Positions 19,692 through 32,100 of a DNA stretch of 64,000 nt are shown one piece after another. The notes under the pieces are model-generated. The model had not been told where the DNA came from. It saw only the letters and a program-made list of their open reading frames with translations, and searched no databases. This DNA is from Naegleria gruberi (lineage: Eukaryota). Every line of letters begins with the position of its first letter. The first letter of the stretch is position 1. Made by a program: the position numbers and the translations under genes. The stretch lies in NCBI GenBank assembly GCA_000004985.1, contig GG738899.1; one strand, 5' to 3'.

Positions 19692-21313
19692 TTACTCATT
19701 ATGATTAGATGCACCATCTAGAAGAGATTCATTAATACGATTGTTTTGAGATTCCACATTTCTCTTATTGGAAGAATCACTCAATTTTCCACATCTGAAA
19801 CAAGATTGATAACAAATTTTCAATTCATCCAAACTAAATTCCATATATAACAAGCCACTGACCACAATAAATAAAATAAAATTCAGAATGGCACCAATAA
19901 TTGGTTCAGTAAATTCAGCTCCAGTGTTCTGAGATTCTTGAACCAGATAAATTATTACCATTAATATAAAACATGGAAATACAATGGAAACAAATATCAA
20001 AAAGTTGGCATACTAAAATTGTTAATTATTTCCATATATATATTTAACTCACCCCAGTGTTCCAAATATTAATATCTGATACTTTTTTCATAGCTCTAGC
20101 GATAATTAATCCAACAATTAAAAATACTTTTTCATTATTGTTATGATTTACTTTCTAAAAAAGTATTACTTACTAAATATAGATAATAACAACCAAAGTG
20201 CAATAAATATTTTGACATATTGAAAAGCAAATGACTGAATAATAGCTATTGATACAATCCCTAATACTGAGAATATAATTGGTATAGCATAAATCAATAT
20301 ACTATAAATGGTTTTTCTCTTATTGACAACGCCAAAACTATTCGTGACCAATTTCCTAACCAGGAGAATAAAGCCAAAAATAAGAAAATATGAAAATAAT
20401 CTGACACTATTACCACAATGGTTCTCTGGTAATTCTCAAATCTAAGGATGTATCTATACAAATAAGTTCCAAATTCACTACAAATCCTAAAAGTAATATA
20501 TAAAATAGTAATAATTGGATATAAGGATCTTAATTTGACACACTGAATGAGTTTAGGAATGAAAACTAAGAAGAATGCAATAATTAATTGACCAAATGTC
20601 AATATTATTGAAATGATACCAACTGCAAAAGTGAGATATTGCTTATTTGGAGAATAAAAACATTTTTCAAAGAATGCACTGTCATTAATAGAGCAAGCAC
20701 AAAAGTATGAAAATGGATATCTCAAAATTCCATTCACATTTGATTGATTAAATAAAAAAGGAAATCCAAAAATACTGTCTCCACAATAAAGCAATCTTGT
20801 TGGAAAATAATTAATCATCTCATGTAACATAACCAAATTAGGATTACATTCTTCTCGTTTCACCATTTTCCTATAAATTAAACTGTTATTTCCACAATAT
20901 TGACATGCATTAATCCATTCCTCTGCTGAACTATCCAATCTTCTCATCATATCAAGAGTAGCAGCATTTGCATTACACAACACTTCAAAGCAAGTTTGAT
21001 TTAAAGTTTTTTCTAATTTTCCAATTTTTTCACAAATATTAATTCTCGGAGATTGATAAATTAATTTGGTTGATTCGGAATCAATGGTTGGTCCTTTGGT
21101 TATTACTAGAGAGACATTGCTGGTGTATGAAACATCGAGACAATTGAAATTATTTGGAAGAAACTGATCTAAATCATATTTCGGAAAGAGAAACATTCGC
21201 CAAACGTTTTCAATTGTGCAGTTGGAGAAGAATACTTTCTCTGAACCATGGACTGTCAGATGGCAGGAAATGAGAAGGAATGCCGAGAGGATAAAGAGAT
21301 ACCTTGTTGACAT
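19692..21313 (-). CDS. 7-TM receptor-like protein with large Cys-rich N-terminal ectodomain (Frizzled/Smoothened-like candidate), 4 exons
   Basis: Exons in + coordinates are 20349-21313, 20174-20301, 20053-20126 and 19692-20012, with introns of 47, 47 and 40 nt (all GT..AG). It has a signal peptide (MSTRYLFILSAFLLISCHLTVHG). A 200-aa ectodomain with at least 12 Cys follows. There are 7 predicted TM helices: 3 in exon 1, 2 in exon 2 and 2 in exon 4. The C-tail is Cys-containing. Confidence 0.55.
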
Positions 21314-21451
21314 TTTTTTACTTTGAGCTTTTCAAACTCCGAACTAATTTGAATTAGTTAGAAAAGAGATGGAAGATAAATAGATTCATATTATTTCTTA
21401 TTCTTAAATTCGGAAAGAATATGACAAAATATCCTCAGCAGCTTGAGGTCT

Positions 21452-24241
21452 TTAATTTTTGATATCCATTTCAGAGAACATGTCTATTTCATCCCAATTT
21501 GAGTTTTCGACATTTTCTTCCTCTTGCAGTATCTTTGAAAGATTACTTTCTTTTGGAGGTTCTTCTTCTTGTGGTGCAGTTGGCAGAGTTGGTTCTGGTT
21601 TCACTTGACTCTGTGTAATCTTTGATTTTGGAGGTTTTCTTTTACCACCTCTTGATGATGGGCTAGCTGTTGTTTTTGTTGTTCCAGCAGTTGGTTTTGG
21701 TGAAGTTTGGACAGTTTTAGGTGTGCTTTCTTGTTCCTTTGAGAAATCTTTGAAGAAATCTTCTTCCTCATCGTGTGGTGTGTATGAATCATCTTCCATA
21801 CTATCAAATCCAAGACCCTTCTTCTTCTTTTGGGAGGAGCTGGCTGAACTTGGAGATGGTTGAGGGTTGTTTTGCACAATTGTTGTTTCTTGTGGAATAG
21901 CTTTAACTGTTTCAACAACTTGAACAGACTTTTCTTCATCATCTGACCAATTCTTCCATTCCTCGTCTTCGCTGTGGGCTGGACTAGAATGGGATTGAGT
22001 CTGTTGAGCTACAGCTTCAATAGACTTGTTGGATGCTGTTTTGATTAATTGTAGTCTTGATTGTTGTTGAGATTCTACTTGAGCTTCAGGTGTCTTCTCT
22101 TGTGGTTGAGGATTGAATTCTTTCTTGACAACTGCTGGGGAAGACGGTGGAGTATTTTCAGTAGAACGTCCACCTTCATCTATTGAAGATTTTGATTGTT
22201 GATCACTTTCAGAGAATTGGATTACATGTTTTGGAGATTGACCAGAGAAGATTTCAACTCGAACAAGTTCTTTTTGAGATTGTGGAGGGAAGAATGGTGT
22301 AACATTTGTAATACCATCATTTGCTGAGGTAATCATTCCTAAATTACATCGGGAAAGATCAGATTCTGACAAGTACTCTAATGCAACTTTCATTACTTGG
22401 GTAGCTTTTGATCTGACTTGTTCCTTTTCATGGAGAGTTAATGGAAGTACAGGTTTCATTACATAGGTCATGAGTTCTCTTGGATCAAATCTCGACATGT
22501 GAATTAAAATTACATTCAAAGCGTGTACTTTGAGTTCTGAAATATCCTTATCAAACAAGTTAGAGTGTAAAGCTGTTAAAATTATTCCCTTATTGGCTCC
22601 AGGTAAATTCCATAATTCCAAAAGGCATAAAAGAGCATGAGATCTCAAAGCAATAACACTTTCAATGGCTTTTTCCTTATCAACTTCTTGGCCAATTCTA
22701 GGGAATGAGTTTTGTACAGCATAATGATGAAGGGAAGGAAGGAATTGATTATTAATAATTTCTATTCCAGTGGTGGATTGAGTAGATTGATCAAGTTTGG
22801 AAAGGTACTTGGAGAAGGCTACACAGGCATTCATAGTGAACATGACAAGTTCATTACTAGAGTCTTTGATGGCCTTCATTATTTCTGGAATAACTTCTGA
22901 AATGGCTACACTAGGAGGAATTTGATTTTGATAATATTCCAAGGTTTGAAGTATCCTAATTCTTAAACTATAATTCTTACTAATATAACATTTACGAATA
23001 AAAGTAAGAATGTGCTCATCGTAATCCTTGCCAGATAAGATACCATCAATTCCTCTCTTGGATGACTCTTTAGCTGAGAACAAGTGAGCCAAAAAGGTAC
23101 CTGAGGCAGGCTCTGTAACGAACGGAAGAGTTGTCATTCTTGGCAAAATTCTCTTTTTAAAAAGTGAAAGAGACAATTTGTTAACTTGGCTCTTGAGTTC
23201 CTTAAAGAAAGATTCCTTTTCAGATGCCTTTTTCAATCTCATATCATCAAAGAATAGCATAATGCTACAGAGTGGATCTTGTTCAAAAAGTTTCAGTTTT
23301 AAAAAGCTGGCAAAGGTAGCTCTTGATTGAGGTTCACTTTCAAGTGCCTTTGACATCCAAAATTTGATGGCTGGTAATTTCAAAAAAGATTGATAGTTAA
23401 CTTCGTTAGGAACGTTATTCTTCTTGCAGCTTTCTTCAATTTCTGCGAATATCTTGGATACTAATTTTTCAAAAGCATATACATCTCTACATGTACTTGT
23501 ATATTTTTGGAATTTCTTCATTCCTTCTTCTGGAGTAATAGTTTCAGAGTATCTAATTTCCTTAGTATTTTCGTAAAAATCCTTATCAATATTACTAAAT
23601 TCCATAGCAAATTGGAAATCACCAAGCATCCACCTCATTTGTTTATCTTTTGTCACATAAACAGAATCCAAATGAACATTATTAAATGTAATTTGGCATT
23701 GATCGTTCAAAAAATTGAGAGCACTCTGAAAAAGATGTGAGATGACTATTCAAACTAAAATACTCACAGATATTTGAAGTAATCCCAACAAAATTTCCGA
23801 CATTTCCAATGATGGCAAAACAGATCTGAGGGGTACAACAGGCTCTGTAGCTATATAAAAGTGTGAATTATTCAACTCAATGTCATCAACATATTTCAAA
23901 ATTGATGGATGTCTAAGAGTTTTTAAAAACTTCATTCCTCTTCTAGCACACTCAATAATTGTTTTTGCAGGTTCCTCATCCAATGGTGAAATTTTAGTTT
24001 TTGGCTTTTCCGCAGTTTGATTATCATTTTCATTCTTTTGTTGTCTCAAAATCTTTGGTAAATCTTTAGCTTGTTTATCCGTTAATTCAAATTCAAAAAC
24101 AGAAACATTTCTATTATCACTTTGAACATTCTTCTGAAAAACACCATCATATAATTTCCAAAATTTAAATCTCTTATCCGTATCAACCAATGGAACTGGT
24201 TGGAGGGATGAAAACTTTTGTGAGACGTTAGAATTTCCCAT
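21452..24241 (-). CDS. SCY1-like protein (kinase-like N-terminus plus HEAT repeats, acidic S/T/P-rich tail), 2 exons
   Basis: Exon 1 is 23768-24241 (MGNSN...GMKFLKTLRHPSILKYVDDIE...FYIATEPVVPL, compare SCYL1 FKRFKTLRHPNILAYID). A 42-nt intron (gtgagt...ttttcag) follows. Exon 2 is 21452-23725 and continues SALNFLNDQCQITFNNVH (SCYL1 ALSFLVNDCSLIHNNV). It contains HEAT-like helices and ends in an acidic tail ...NSNWDEIDMFSEMDIKN*. Confidence 0.8.
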
Positions 24242-24488
24242 CTTGTTGATTGTGATGATGAAAAAAGCCTTCGGAAAAGTAAGCTTTCACCTTGTTGGTG
24301 TTTTATTTTTTTAAATAATAATAAAATTAATCGTTGTTACAGTATGATGTAATATTGCTTCTAATTAGAAGGTTACAGTTATTAGAAATGTTGTTGTTTG
24401 ATTGTAAAATAATAATCAAAATACTATAGTAATTTTAATTAAATATATTAAATTATTAAAAAATTTGTCGCAATATTAAATTGGATCC

Positions 24489-24995
24489 ATGAACAAGCCT
24501 TCCTTGTTGCAAATTTTGTTCAAACGTCATTCGGTGGGAACTCTCAAACCAACCCGTTCGTTGTTGGATCAGTGGATTGGAAAATTCTCTGAAAAGATTC
24601 ATGATAAAGTTTGGAATCAATGGTTTACAGTTTCATCAATTTACAAGACACAATTAATGTTCGGAAATGTTGAATCTCTTGAGGATGGAAAATATGAGAA
24701 GCAAGTTATGAAGGAAAGATTATTATTCTATCAAAAACAAAAACGATTATTATTAAAGAAGGCTAAGGAAAGATATCAGGAACAACTTTTGATGGATGAG
24801 CTAGCTGTTCTCAATGCAGATATATTTGATGAAATTGATAGAAAATATAGAAAGAAAACTCTTGGTGATAGAGTTGAATTTTGGAAGTTGTTTTTCAAGT
24901 ACTTGTTCACAAAGAAGGAGAAACCATTATTATTGCTTTCCGATGTCAAGGATTATGATAAATATGCAGAGGAATTCAAGATTAAATCATCATAA
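24489..24995 (+). CDS. Hypothetical basic/Lys-rich protein
   Basis: 168-aa ORF, helical and K/E-rich. No motif recognised. Confidence 0.3.
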   Translation: MNKPSLLQILFKRHSVGTLKPTRSLLDQWIGKFSEKIHDKVWNQWFTVSSIYKTQLMFGNVESLEDGKYEKQVMKERLLFYQKQKRLLLKKAKERYQEQLLMDELAVLNADIFDEIDRKYRKKTLGDRVEFWKLFFKYLFTKKEKPLLLLSDVKDYDKYAEEFKIKSS

Positions 24996-25074
24996 CAATT
25001 TAATTTGTGTTTTGGAATGAAAAGAATAATTCAGATTGAGTGTAATAACTAAAGGAGAAAGAGAAGAACATGTT

Positions 25075-26214
25075 TTATGAAGCAGTTTCTATGGTCAAAT
25101 CAATAAAAAAGGAAGATCTATCATTGAGCAAGTTCTTAAAGTTATCATTGAGTTTTTTCTTTTTAGACGAGTTCTTTTTTGCCATACTAACCAATGAAAA
25201 GCCATGTCCATATTTCACATCTATAAAGTTGAATCTTTCCAACAGTTCACTCAAATATTCATGTACTGTTGAGCTATTGTATTTTGGCTCTTTTAGACCT
25301 AACTGATTATTTTGGTTAGCTCCACAACAATAAATCTTATTATTCTGTTTATCAATCTCAAAATATGATAAATAGGAAGGTAGAATCTCAAAGGTAGATT
25401 CTTTAAATTGACTTAAATCAGTTGAATAACCATGACTATAATAAGATTTTGCGGTTCCATCCTTCAAGTTCTTGATTTTAAAGCAACTGGCTGAAATTAG
25501 ATCATAAAATACATAATTTGGAGAATTCAATGTTTCTATCCAAGCAGAACCAGAATAAATAAATATTCTTCCATTTTTAGTGGTAAAGGCAAATGAATCC
25601 ATTGATCCAAGCGCAATTTCTGAAATTTCAGAATATCCAAATCGTTGTAAAACATCAAATTCCTGTATTCTACCCTCGCAATTCAAAACAATAAACCTCT
25701 TATCAATTACAGTCAATATAGTATTTTCAAAAGTCTCTAAATGTGTGAATTTTTCTTGACCAGGTTTTAAACTCAGTTCCTTGAATGGAATAAACCATGA
25801 TGATTTAATGGTTTTCCCTTTTCCACAATCATATTCTCCAGATATCATAATTTTTTTCCAATCATTGCAAATAAGTACTGAATGATTTCTTCCACAAGCA
25901 AACTCATTCACACAAAACGTTTTCACAACTACTTGTTCACACTTTTCCTTTTTTTTCTTTCTATTCTTATCTGGATTCAATCTTTCCTCCTTTCTTTTAT
26001 CTTTCCTCCTCTCCTTCTTATTCTTAATTTCATATGAAACATTACTTTTCGAAACTCTTGTATTCAAATTATCCTCCATAATCTCACCAATATCAAATAG
26101 ACATGGATTCCATGCCGAGACGTTTTTAGCCTTTGAAGAACATGCACATTGTCCCTTGGAATTTCCTCCGAATGAAAATAATTCACCAAATTTTGCTAAT
26201 TTAATAATCATCAT
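25075..26214 (-). CDS. RCC1-repeat (regulator of chromosome condensation-like) beta-propeller protein
   Basis: Repeated RCC1-blade signatures are present: LAKFGELFSFGGNSKGQ, EFACGRNHSVLI, IYCCGANQNNQLG and KYGHGFSLV. An internal Lys/Arg-rich insert lies at residues 65-90. Confidence 0.6.
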   Translation of the reverse strand: MMIIKLAKFGELFSFGGNSKGQCACSSKAKNVSAWNPCLFDIGEIMEDNLNTRVSKSNVSYEIKNKKERRKDKRKEERLNPDKNRKKKKEKCEQVVVKTFCVNEFACGRNHSVLICNDWKKIMISGEYDCGKGKTIKSSWFIPFKELSLKPGQEKFTHLETFENTILTVIDKRFIVLNCEGRIQEFDVLQRFGYSEISEIALGSMDSFAFTTKNGRIFIYSGSAWIETLNSPNYVFYDLISASCFKIKNLKDGTAKSYYSHGYSTDLSQFKESTFEILPSYLSYFEIDKQNNKIYCCGANQNNQLGLKEPKYNSSTVHEYLSELLERFNFIDVKYGHGFSLVSMAKKNSSKKKKLNDNFKNLLNDRSSFFIDLTIETAS

Positions 26215-26641
26215 TCATCATTTAATTGTATACTAACATTTCATCATTATGTGATTAACTCCACATTTGACATCAAAAATAATTATATCCGATGGTAGAC
26301 TTGGTAATTTACAAAAACTTGTAGAATGCCATACTTGACTATTGTGACCACTTATCTTTTGATGATTTAGTATAAATTAAATTGTTGTTGTGGTATATAT
26401 TTCTACCTACATAGAAAGCAAGCTCTTCCCCTTCATTACTTGTTGACATTTTTTTCAGTTCCAAAATTGAATTTTTATTATTATCTTGTTGTAAAGTTAA
26501 GAATACAAATAATGAAGGATGCATTGACTATGGTAATGTAAAAGTATCATCCAAAATGCTAATGAAACATAAAAAAGGAGGAACTCCATATGAATAGAAT
26601 GTATTGTTGCTATAAAGAAGTTATTTTCATCATGAATAACA

Positions 26642-26713
26642 TCCCGTGTAGTCCAATGGCTAGGATACCTGGCTTTCACCCAGGAGGTCCGGGTTCAATT
26701 ACCGGCATGGGAG
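26642..26713 (+). tRNA. tRNA-Glu (UUC), second copy, with T-stem mismatch (possible pseudo-tRNA)
   Basis: It is identical to 1513-1584 except for c to a at T-stem position 61 (...ttcaattAccgg...). That change breaks the conserved G53-C61 pair. About 45 nt of upstream flank and 12 nt of downstream flank are also shared with copy 1. Confidence 0.7.
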
Positions 26714-26830
26714 GATAATTTTAAACTTTTGGAAATCAATCCTCAAGGAATCCGCTTGTTGATGACTTTATTAAGGGTGATGATTCATCAAAGCAGAATC
26801 TTATAAACTAAGAATTTACTCCATTAATGT

Positions 26831-27370
26831 TTAAATATTGGATTCAAATACTCGTCTCTTCTCTAGTTTTGCCTTTCCGAATTCAATCACATATCCCACA
26901 GATTTAATCTGATTCAACAACAACAAGACAAACGACATTGAATTCAAAATAAGATGGGAGGTGCCAGCAAAAGGACCAAGATAAAAACAAGAATGCACAA
27001 AAGCAACAAAATTAACAAGGCTGTACATAAACATTCCAAGTGGATCTCTGGTTGCCATCGAATAAAAACCACATGCAACTCCAGCCATAGATAACAAGAG
27101 GATCCATACCGGTTGGGAGGTGTTAAACAAAAACAATACTGACAATACAAAAATTAAGAACAGTTGGAATGAAAACATATTTGCCAAGTTTGCCAAATTA
27201 GCTGGTCTGTTGTATTGCTTTTTCTGTACCACTTCAATAAATTGTTCAATGTACTTTGCGAACATATCATAGAGTGGAGTTTCGCTGTGGTTAGTGGTAT
27301 TGTTATTCATTTCTCCAATAGGTGCTGAAGGTGATGCTTCCAATGTTTGATGAGCTTCGGAATTGTTCAT
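26831..27370 (-). CDS. Small 4-TM membrane protein (vesicle-trafficking SFT2/PRA1-like candidate)
   Basis: 179-aa ORF with an Asn/Thr-rich N-terminus followed by four hydrophobic helices. Confidence 0.35.
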   Translation of the reverse strand: MNNSEAHQTLEASPSAPIGEMNNNTTNHSETPLYDMFAKYIEQFIEVVQKKQYNRPANLANLANMFSFQLFLIFVLSVLFLFNTSQPVWILLLSMAGVACGFYSMATRDPLGMFMYSLVNFVAFVHSCFYLGPFAGTSHLILNSMSFVLLLLNQIKSVGYVIEFGKAKLEKRRVFESNI

Positions 27371-27772
27371 TTGTTTTTTAATAGAGATGTGTTCTTTACT
27401 GCAACGTGTTTTTTATGTGACATAATTATATCTTCCTTTTCAAAAGTCTCCGCTTCACTAAATTACAGTTGCTTTTCAAGCTTATTCGTCATGTCAACTA
27501 TTTTCTTAAGCTTAACATTCTCTGGTTGTGTTATATTATTGTAACGTGGTAATGAAAGCTAGTCTATTGCTCATTCATATCCTGTGTTTAGCTGTTTATT
27601 AGAGAGTCAACCAATTCCTTAATAGCTTCAATGCTACCAAGTTATCGTTGATGATATATTAGAACACGATTAGTTTTTGAACAAAACACGTGTTTCTGAA
27701 ATTGGAACAAAACGTGTTATTGGGTTCTTTAAAGTTCAACAGCAGCAATTTTGATTTCAACAACAATAAAAA

Positions 27773-28813
27773 ATGTCACAAGAACTTGTAGCCTTGGAAG
27801 CAGCCTATCAATACATCTATTTATTCGGAGGAGGTATTTTAGCCTTCATTGTATTGAGAATTATATTGAATTGTATAATAACAGTCTCAACGAATGAAGT
27901 TGTTCTAGTTGAATATTTGGGAAAGTATTCGAGAACATTAACGAGTGGTTTTCATATTCTTCTTCCGTTTGTAGAATCAGTGAAGGAAGTAACTTGGATA
28001 AGAACCATTGAAGATACTCTAACAAGAAGAACTAAATTGAGTACAGTTAGAACAGGTAGAATTTCAACATCAGAAGTAATGTTTGATTTTCCTGCATTGG
28101 ATGTCAGTACAAAGGATAGAATTATTGCCAAAGTCAATGGTATTATGTTTTTCAAAATTGTTAATCCATATAAGGCAGTTTATGAAATTTCTGATTTGTA
28201 TCAATCGATGGAACAATTAGTTTATACTTCAATGAGAGATGCCATTTCAAAGATTACACTCGATGAAGCTATTGAAGGTAAATCTACAATCAAAGCTTCT
28301 ATTCATGAAGATTTTAAAGGATTGGAAAATTCTTGGGGAGTTAAATTGACCAAATTTGATATTCAATCAATTGAAGCTCCAGAATCTATTCAAAAGAGTA
28401 TTGAGAAATTAGTTTCAGCCCAAAGAGAAGCCCAAGCCGAATTGGAAAAAACACGTGCCTTACAAGAAGCTAAAAAGCTCAAAATTCAAACAGAACAAGA
28501 AATTCAATTACTGGAATGTGACGCCAAGAATAAGCGAAACATTATGGAAGCCAACACTGAAGCACAAGTTTTGAAAGCAAAGGCAGAATCAGAAGCTATG
28601 AATATTGAAAAGATGGCAAAAGCTGAAGCTATCTATTTGGAAAAAATTCTTTCAGTTAAAGGTATTTCACAAGAATATTTACTTCAAAAGGAATACACCA
28701 AGTCAATTGAGCATTTAGCAAAGTCAGGAAATAGAACATTTATAATTCCATTCGAAAGTGCAAAATATTTTGGCATGAACAATGTTTCCTCTCTTCAAGA
28801 AGTTCAACAATAA
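27773..28813 (+). CDS. SPFH/Band-7 (stomatin/flotillin/HflK-like) domain protein
   Basis: It has an N-terminal hydrophobic hairpin (LFGGGILAFIVLRIILNCII). A Band-7-like core follows (VSTNEVVLVEYLGKYSRTLTSGFHILLPFVESV...). The C-terminus is a long Ala/Glu/Lys-rich coiled coil (QREAQAELEKTRALQEAKKLK...KAKAESEAMNIEKMAKAEAIYLEK). Confidence 0.7.
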   Translation: MSQELVALEAAYQYIYLFGGGILAFIVLRIILNCIITVSTNEVVLVEYLGKYSRTLTSGFHILLPFVESVKEVTWIRTIEDTLTRRTKLSTVRTGRISTSEVMFDFPALDVSTKDRIIAKVNGIMFFKIVNPYKAVYEISDLYQSMEQLVYTSMRDAISKITLDEAIEGKSTIKASIHEDFKGLENSWGVKLTKFDIQSIEAPESIQKSIEKLVSAQREAQAELEKTRALQEAKKLKIQTEQEIQLLECDAKNKRNIMEANTEAQVLKAKAESEAMNIEKMAKAEAIYLEKILSVKGISQEYLLQKEYTKSIEHLAKSGNRTFIIPFESAKYFGMNNVSSLQEVQQ

Positions 28814-29176
28814 CTTTCATATTCTCTTTAATAATACTATTGGACTGCGTTTGTTTCTCAAGAGGTTATTTCTATCTTTGAATATTTAATTGTTGGTATA
28901 AACTAAATATTGTAGTTGTTTTGTAACATTAAATACAATTGTGGCCCAAAGTACCATGTATTGGTGAACTTGGTTGAAATTATAGAAAAGCATCTTGTTT
29001 AGAAATATTCGAAATTAACCTAAAACCATACATCCTTACTCAAAAGGAGAGACATTGAAAAATAAACAAGGGGTTTGGTTACTTGTTAAAAACATGGTTC
29101 GATATAGTTGACCACCACAACATGGCACATAATTTCGAAAGAACAGAAGAAACCATCTCTTTAAAAAACAAACAAG

Positions 29177-32100
29177 ATGCCAGAAGTAATTACCAGCAGC
29201 ACTGTTGGTAGAACAGCTTTCGGTCCCAACCTTTCCTTGTTGAAGGTAAGTTATTACTCATTTACATCTCGCAGTAATTTTTTTTTGACTTTCTAATAAC
29301 AAACAAACTAAGAACTTCAAAATGAACATGTTGAAAATAATATATAGGGTGGTACAATCTCTCAAACAATTGTTGGTTTAATAGTTTCTGCTTCTGTTGT
29401 TGCCTCTCTCGTTGTTACCATTGTAATGATTAGTGTTGGTGCAGGTGTTCAAAATCCAACATTGAAACCAGACTATTATGAACTTTACAAAAAGACACCA
29501 TCAAAACTCTATCCTCTTCTCAATGATATTGATCCAAGAGGTGGTAATTTGACAATTTTAAATGTTACTCAACCATTACATGGTAAAGCTGTGTTATCTT
29601 CTGCTGGCATGGTTATTTATACAAGTATTGGTTCTTATGCTGGTAATGATACTTTCGAATATTCGGTTACTAATGGATGGACAACTGCGACTGAACATGT
29701 TTATCTTAGTATTTTGAATCGTGCTCCAGAAGTAGTTGACATGACATATACTGTTAATAAGAATTCAAAGAAAAATTCATTTGATTTATTTGGATATGAA
29801 AGTGAAATGGGTGCTAAAATTAAGGATATTGACGGTGATGATTTATCTATTACTGACATTATTCTAGTTTCTCCTAATGTTGGTAGTTTAATCTCATTCG
29901 ATCAAAATTACTTGTACTATACTCCTGCTTATGGTTTTAATAATATTGAATTACTTAACTATACAATCTCAGATGGTTATGCCAATGTTTCAGGTGTCAT
30001 TACTATTAATGTTGCCAATGATAAACCAACAGCTGAACCTGACACTTATACCATTACAAAGAATGCTTTGGGTACTTTTAATATTCTAGATAATGATTTT
30101 GATATTAATGGTGATAACATTTCAATTACCACTGCTGGTTTAGGTTCATCTGGTGTTGTTTTAATTTCCTCTGATAATTCAAATATCGAATATATTCCAA
30201 AGCCATTTGTAGCTCCATATACTGATGCTTTTGAATATGAAATCACTGATGGAGCTTTGACAAGTTCTAGTTATGTTTTTGTAAAGATTGTCAATTCTCC
30301 TCCAACTGTTTCTGATAAGGTTTTCAATGTTGCAAAGAATTCAAAGAATAATCTTTTAGATTTGACATTCTCTGATCCAGATGTACTTGATACTGTTACC
30401 TTGACAGCTGTTAGTAAGCTTGCTCGTGGTAATTCCTCATTGTCTGTTACTAGCTCAATGGCATCTGTTTATTATCCAACAGGTGACTTTTTACAAGTTA
30501 AGAAGAATTTGTACTCTCTTGTTTATACACCAGATCAAGGTGTTATTTATACTGATTCCTTTAAGGTCAAAGTTAGTGATGGTGTGGATGTTGCTTATGC
30601 CACCATTACTATTAATGTAGTTCCTTCTCCTCCTGTTCCTGTTAATGATACTGTCACTTGTCAAAAGAATGGACAAGTCTCTCTTGATGTTATCAGTAAT
30701 GATTATAGTGCTTCTGGTGATGTTTTGAAATTGAATTTTGCATCATCTACTTCCAATTTTGGTGGTAAACTTGTTAAGATTGATGATAATAATGTAAAAT
30801 ATGAGCCAGCTAAAGGATTCCTTGGTCAAGATGAAGCTCAATACATTGTTATTAACACTAACACTGATGGATCTAGTGAAGGTACTTTCAATAGAGAGGG
30901 ATATGTTCTTGTTAATGTTGTGAACTCACCTCCAGTTGCTGTTCCATTAACTTTGACAGTTTCAAAGGGTTTGACAAGTGCTCTTAATTTATTAAGAGAT
31001 AGTTATGATCCAAATGGTGATTCTATTAATTATAATAGTATTGCTAAGAGTACTTATGGAGTTTCATTGTCCTTCACTTCTGGTAATGCAAATGTTAATT
31101 ATGCTGCCTTGTCATCTGTCTACGTTGATTATGTTGACTTTACTGTTGTTGATATTGATGGAGCTATTTCACAAGTTGCTACAGCTACCATTAACGTTGT
31201 TAATGATGCTCCTGTTCCAGTTGATGATACTGCTGCTGTTTCTTGGAATAGAAGTATTGTCATTGATGTTTTGGCAAATGACAAGGATGTTAATGGTGAT
31301 TCTCTAAGTGTTAAGAGTGTTAGTTATACTTCTAATAATGGTGCAACTGTTACTGTTCATCAAGGTGGTAAAACTGTTCTCTACACTCCAAAGGATGGAT
31401 TTGTAGGAAATGATACCTTCTCCTATGTTTGTTTTGATGGAATTGATTCATCTGTCACTTCTGGATTGGTGACAGTTGTTGTTAGTAATACTGCTCCATC
31501 TACTTCTCCAGTTACTGTTAGTGTTCATTGGAGAGATTCTTCAGTTATTATTCCAGTATTGACCTATGCCAGTGATATTGATGGTGATTCTCTTCATGTT
31601 GAATCTTTCACACAAGGATCAAAGGGATCTGTTTCACGTGTTACACTTACTGATGGTACAGATGGTTTGCAATTTACTACTTCTGGGTCAAATAACTATG
31701 TTGGAAGTGATTCTTTTACTTTTGTTGTTAGTGATTATGGTAAATCAAGTGTTGGAAGTGTCAACATTCAAATTACTGACACTGCTCCTGTTGCCAATGC
31801 TGATTCATTCTCAATGCATTGGAGATCAACTGATAATGTTTTATCTGTTCTTGCTAATGATGTCGATGCTAATATTGATCCAATTACTGTCAAATCATTT
31901 ACTAAACCACAAGGTTTTACTGGAACACTTGTCAATGTTAATTCTCATTTGACATTTACACCAAGTGCTTCAAGTGTTGGTACTCAAACATTTACTTACA
32001 CTGCTACTGATGGTCCATCAACAAGTAATGATGCTACTGTCACATTAACTGTTACCAATAAGGATATTCCACAAGATAAGACAATTTCCAAGACTGTTCA

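Noticed and set aside
26339-26524. 61-aa ORF upstream of the RCC1-repeat gene as a possible extra 5' exon
   Set aside because: No RCC1-like sequence is present and I could not find a consistent GT..AG junction to the downstream ORF. It is left unannotated.
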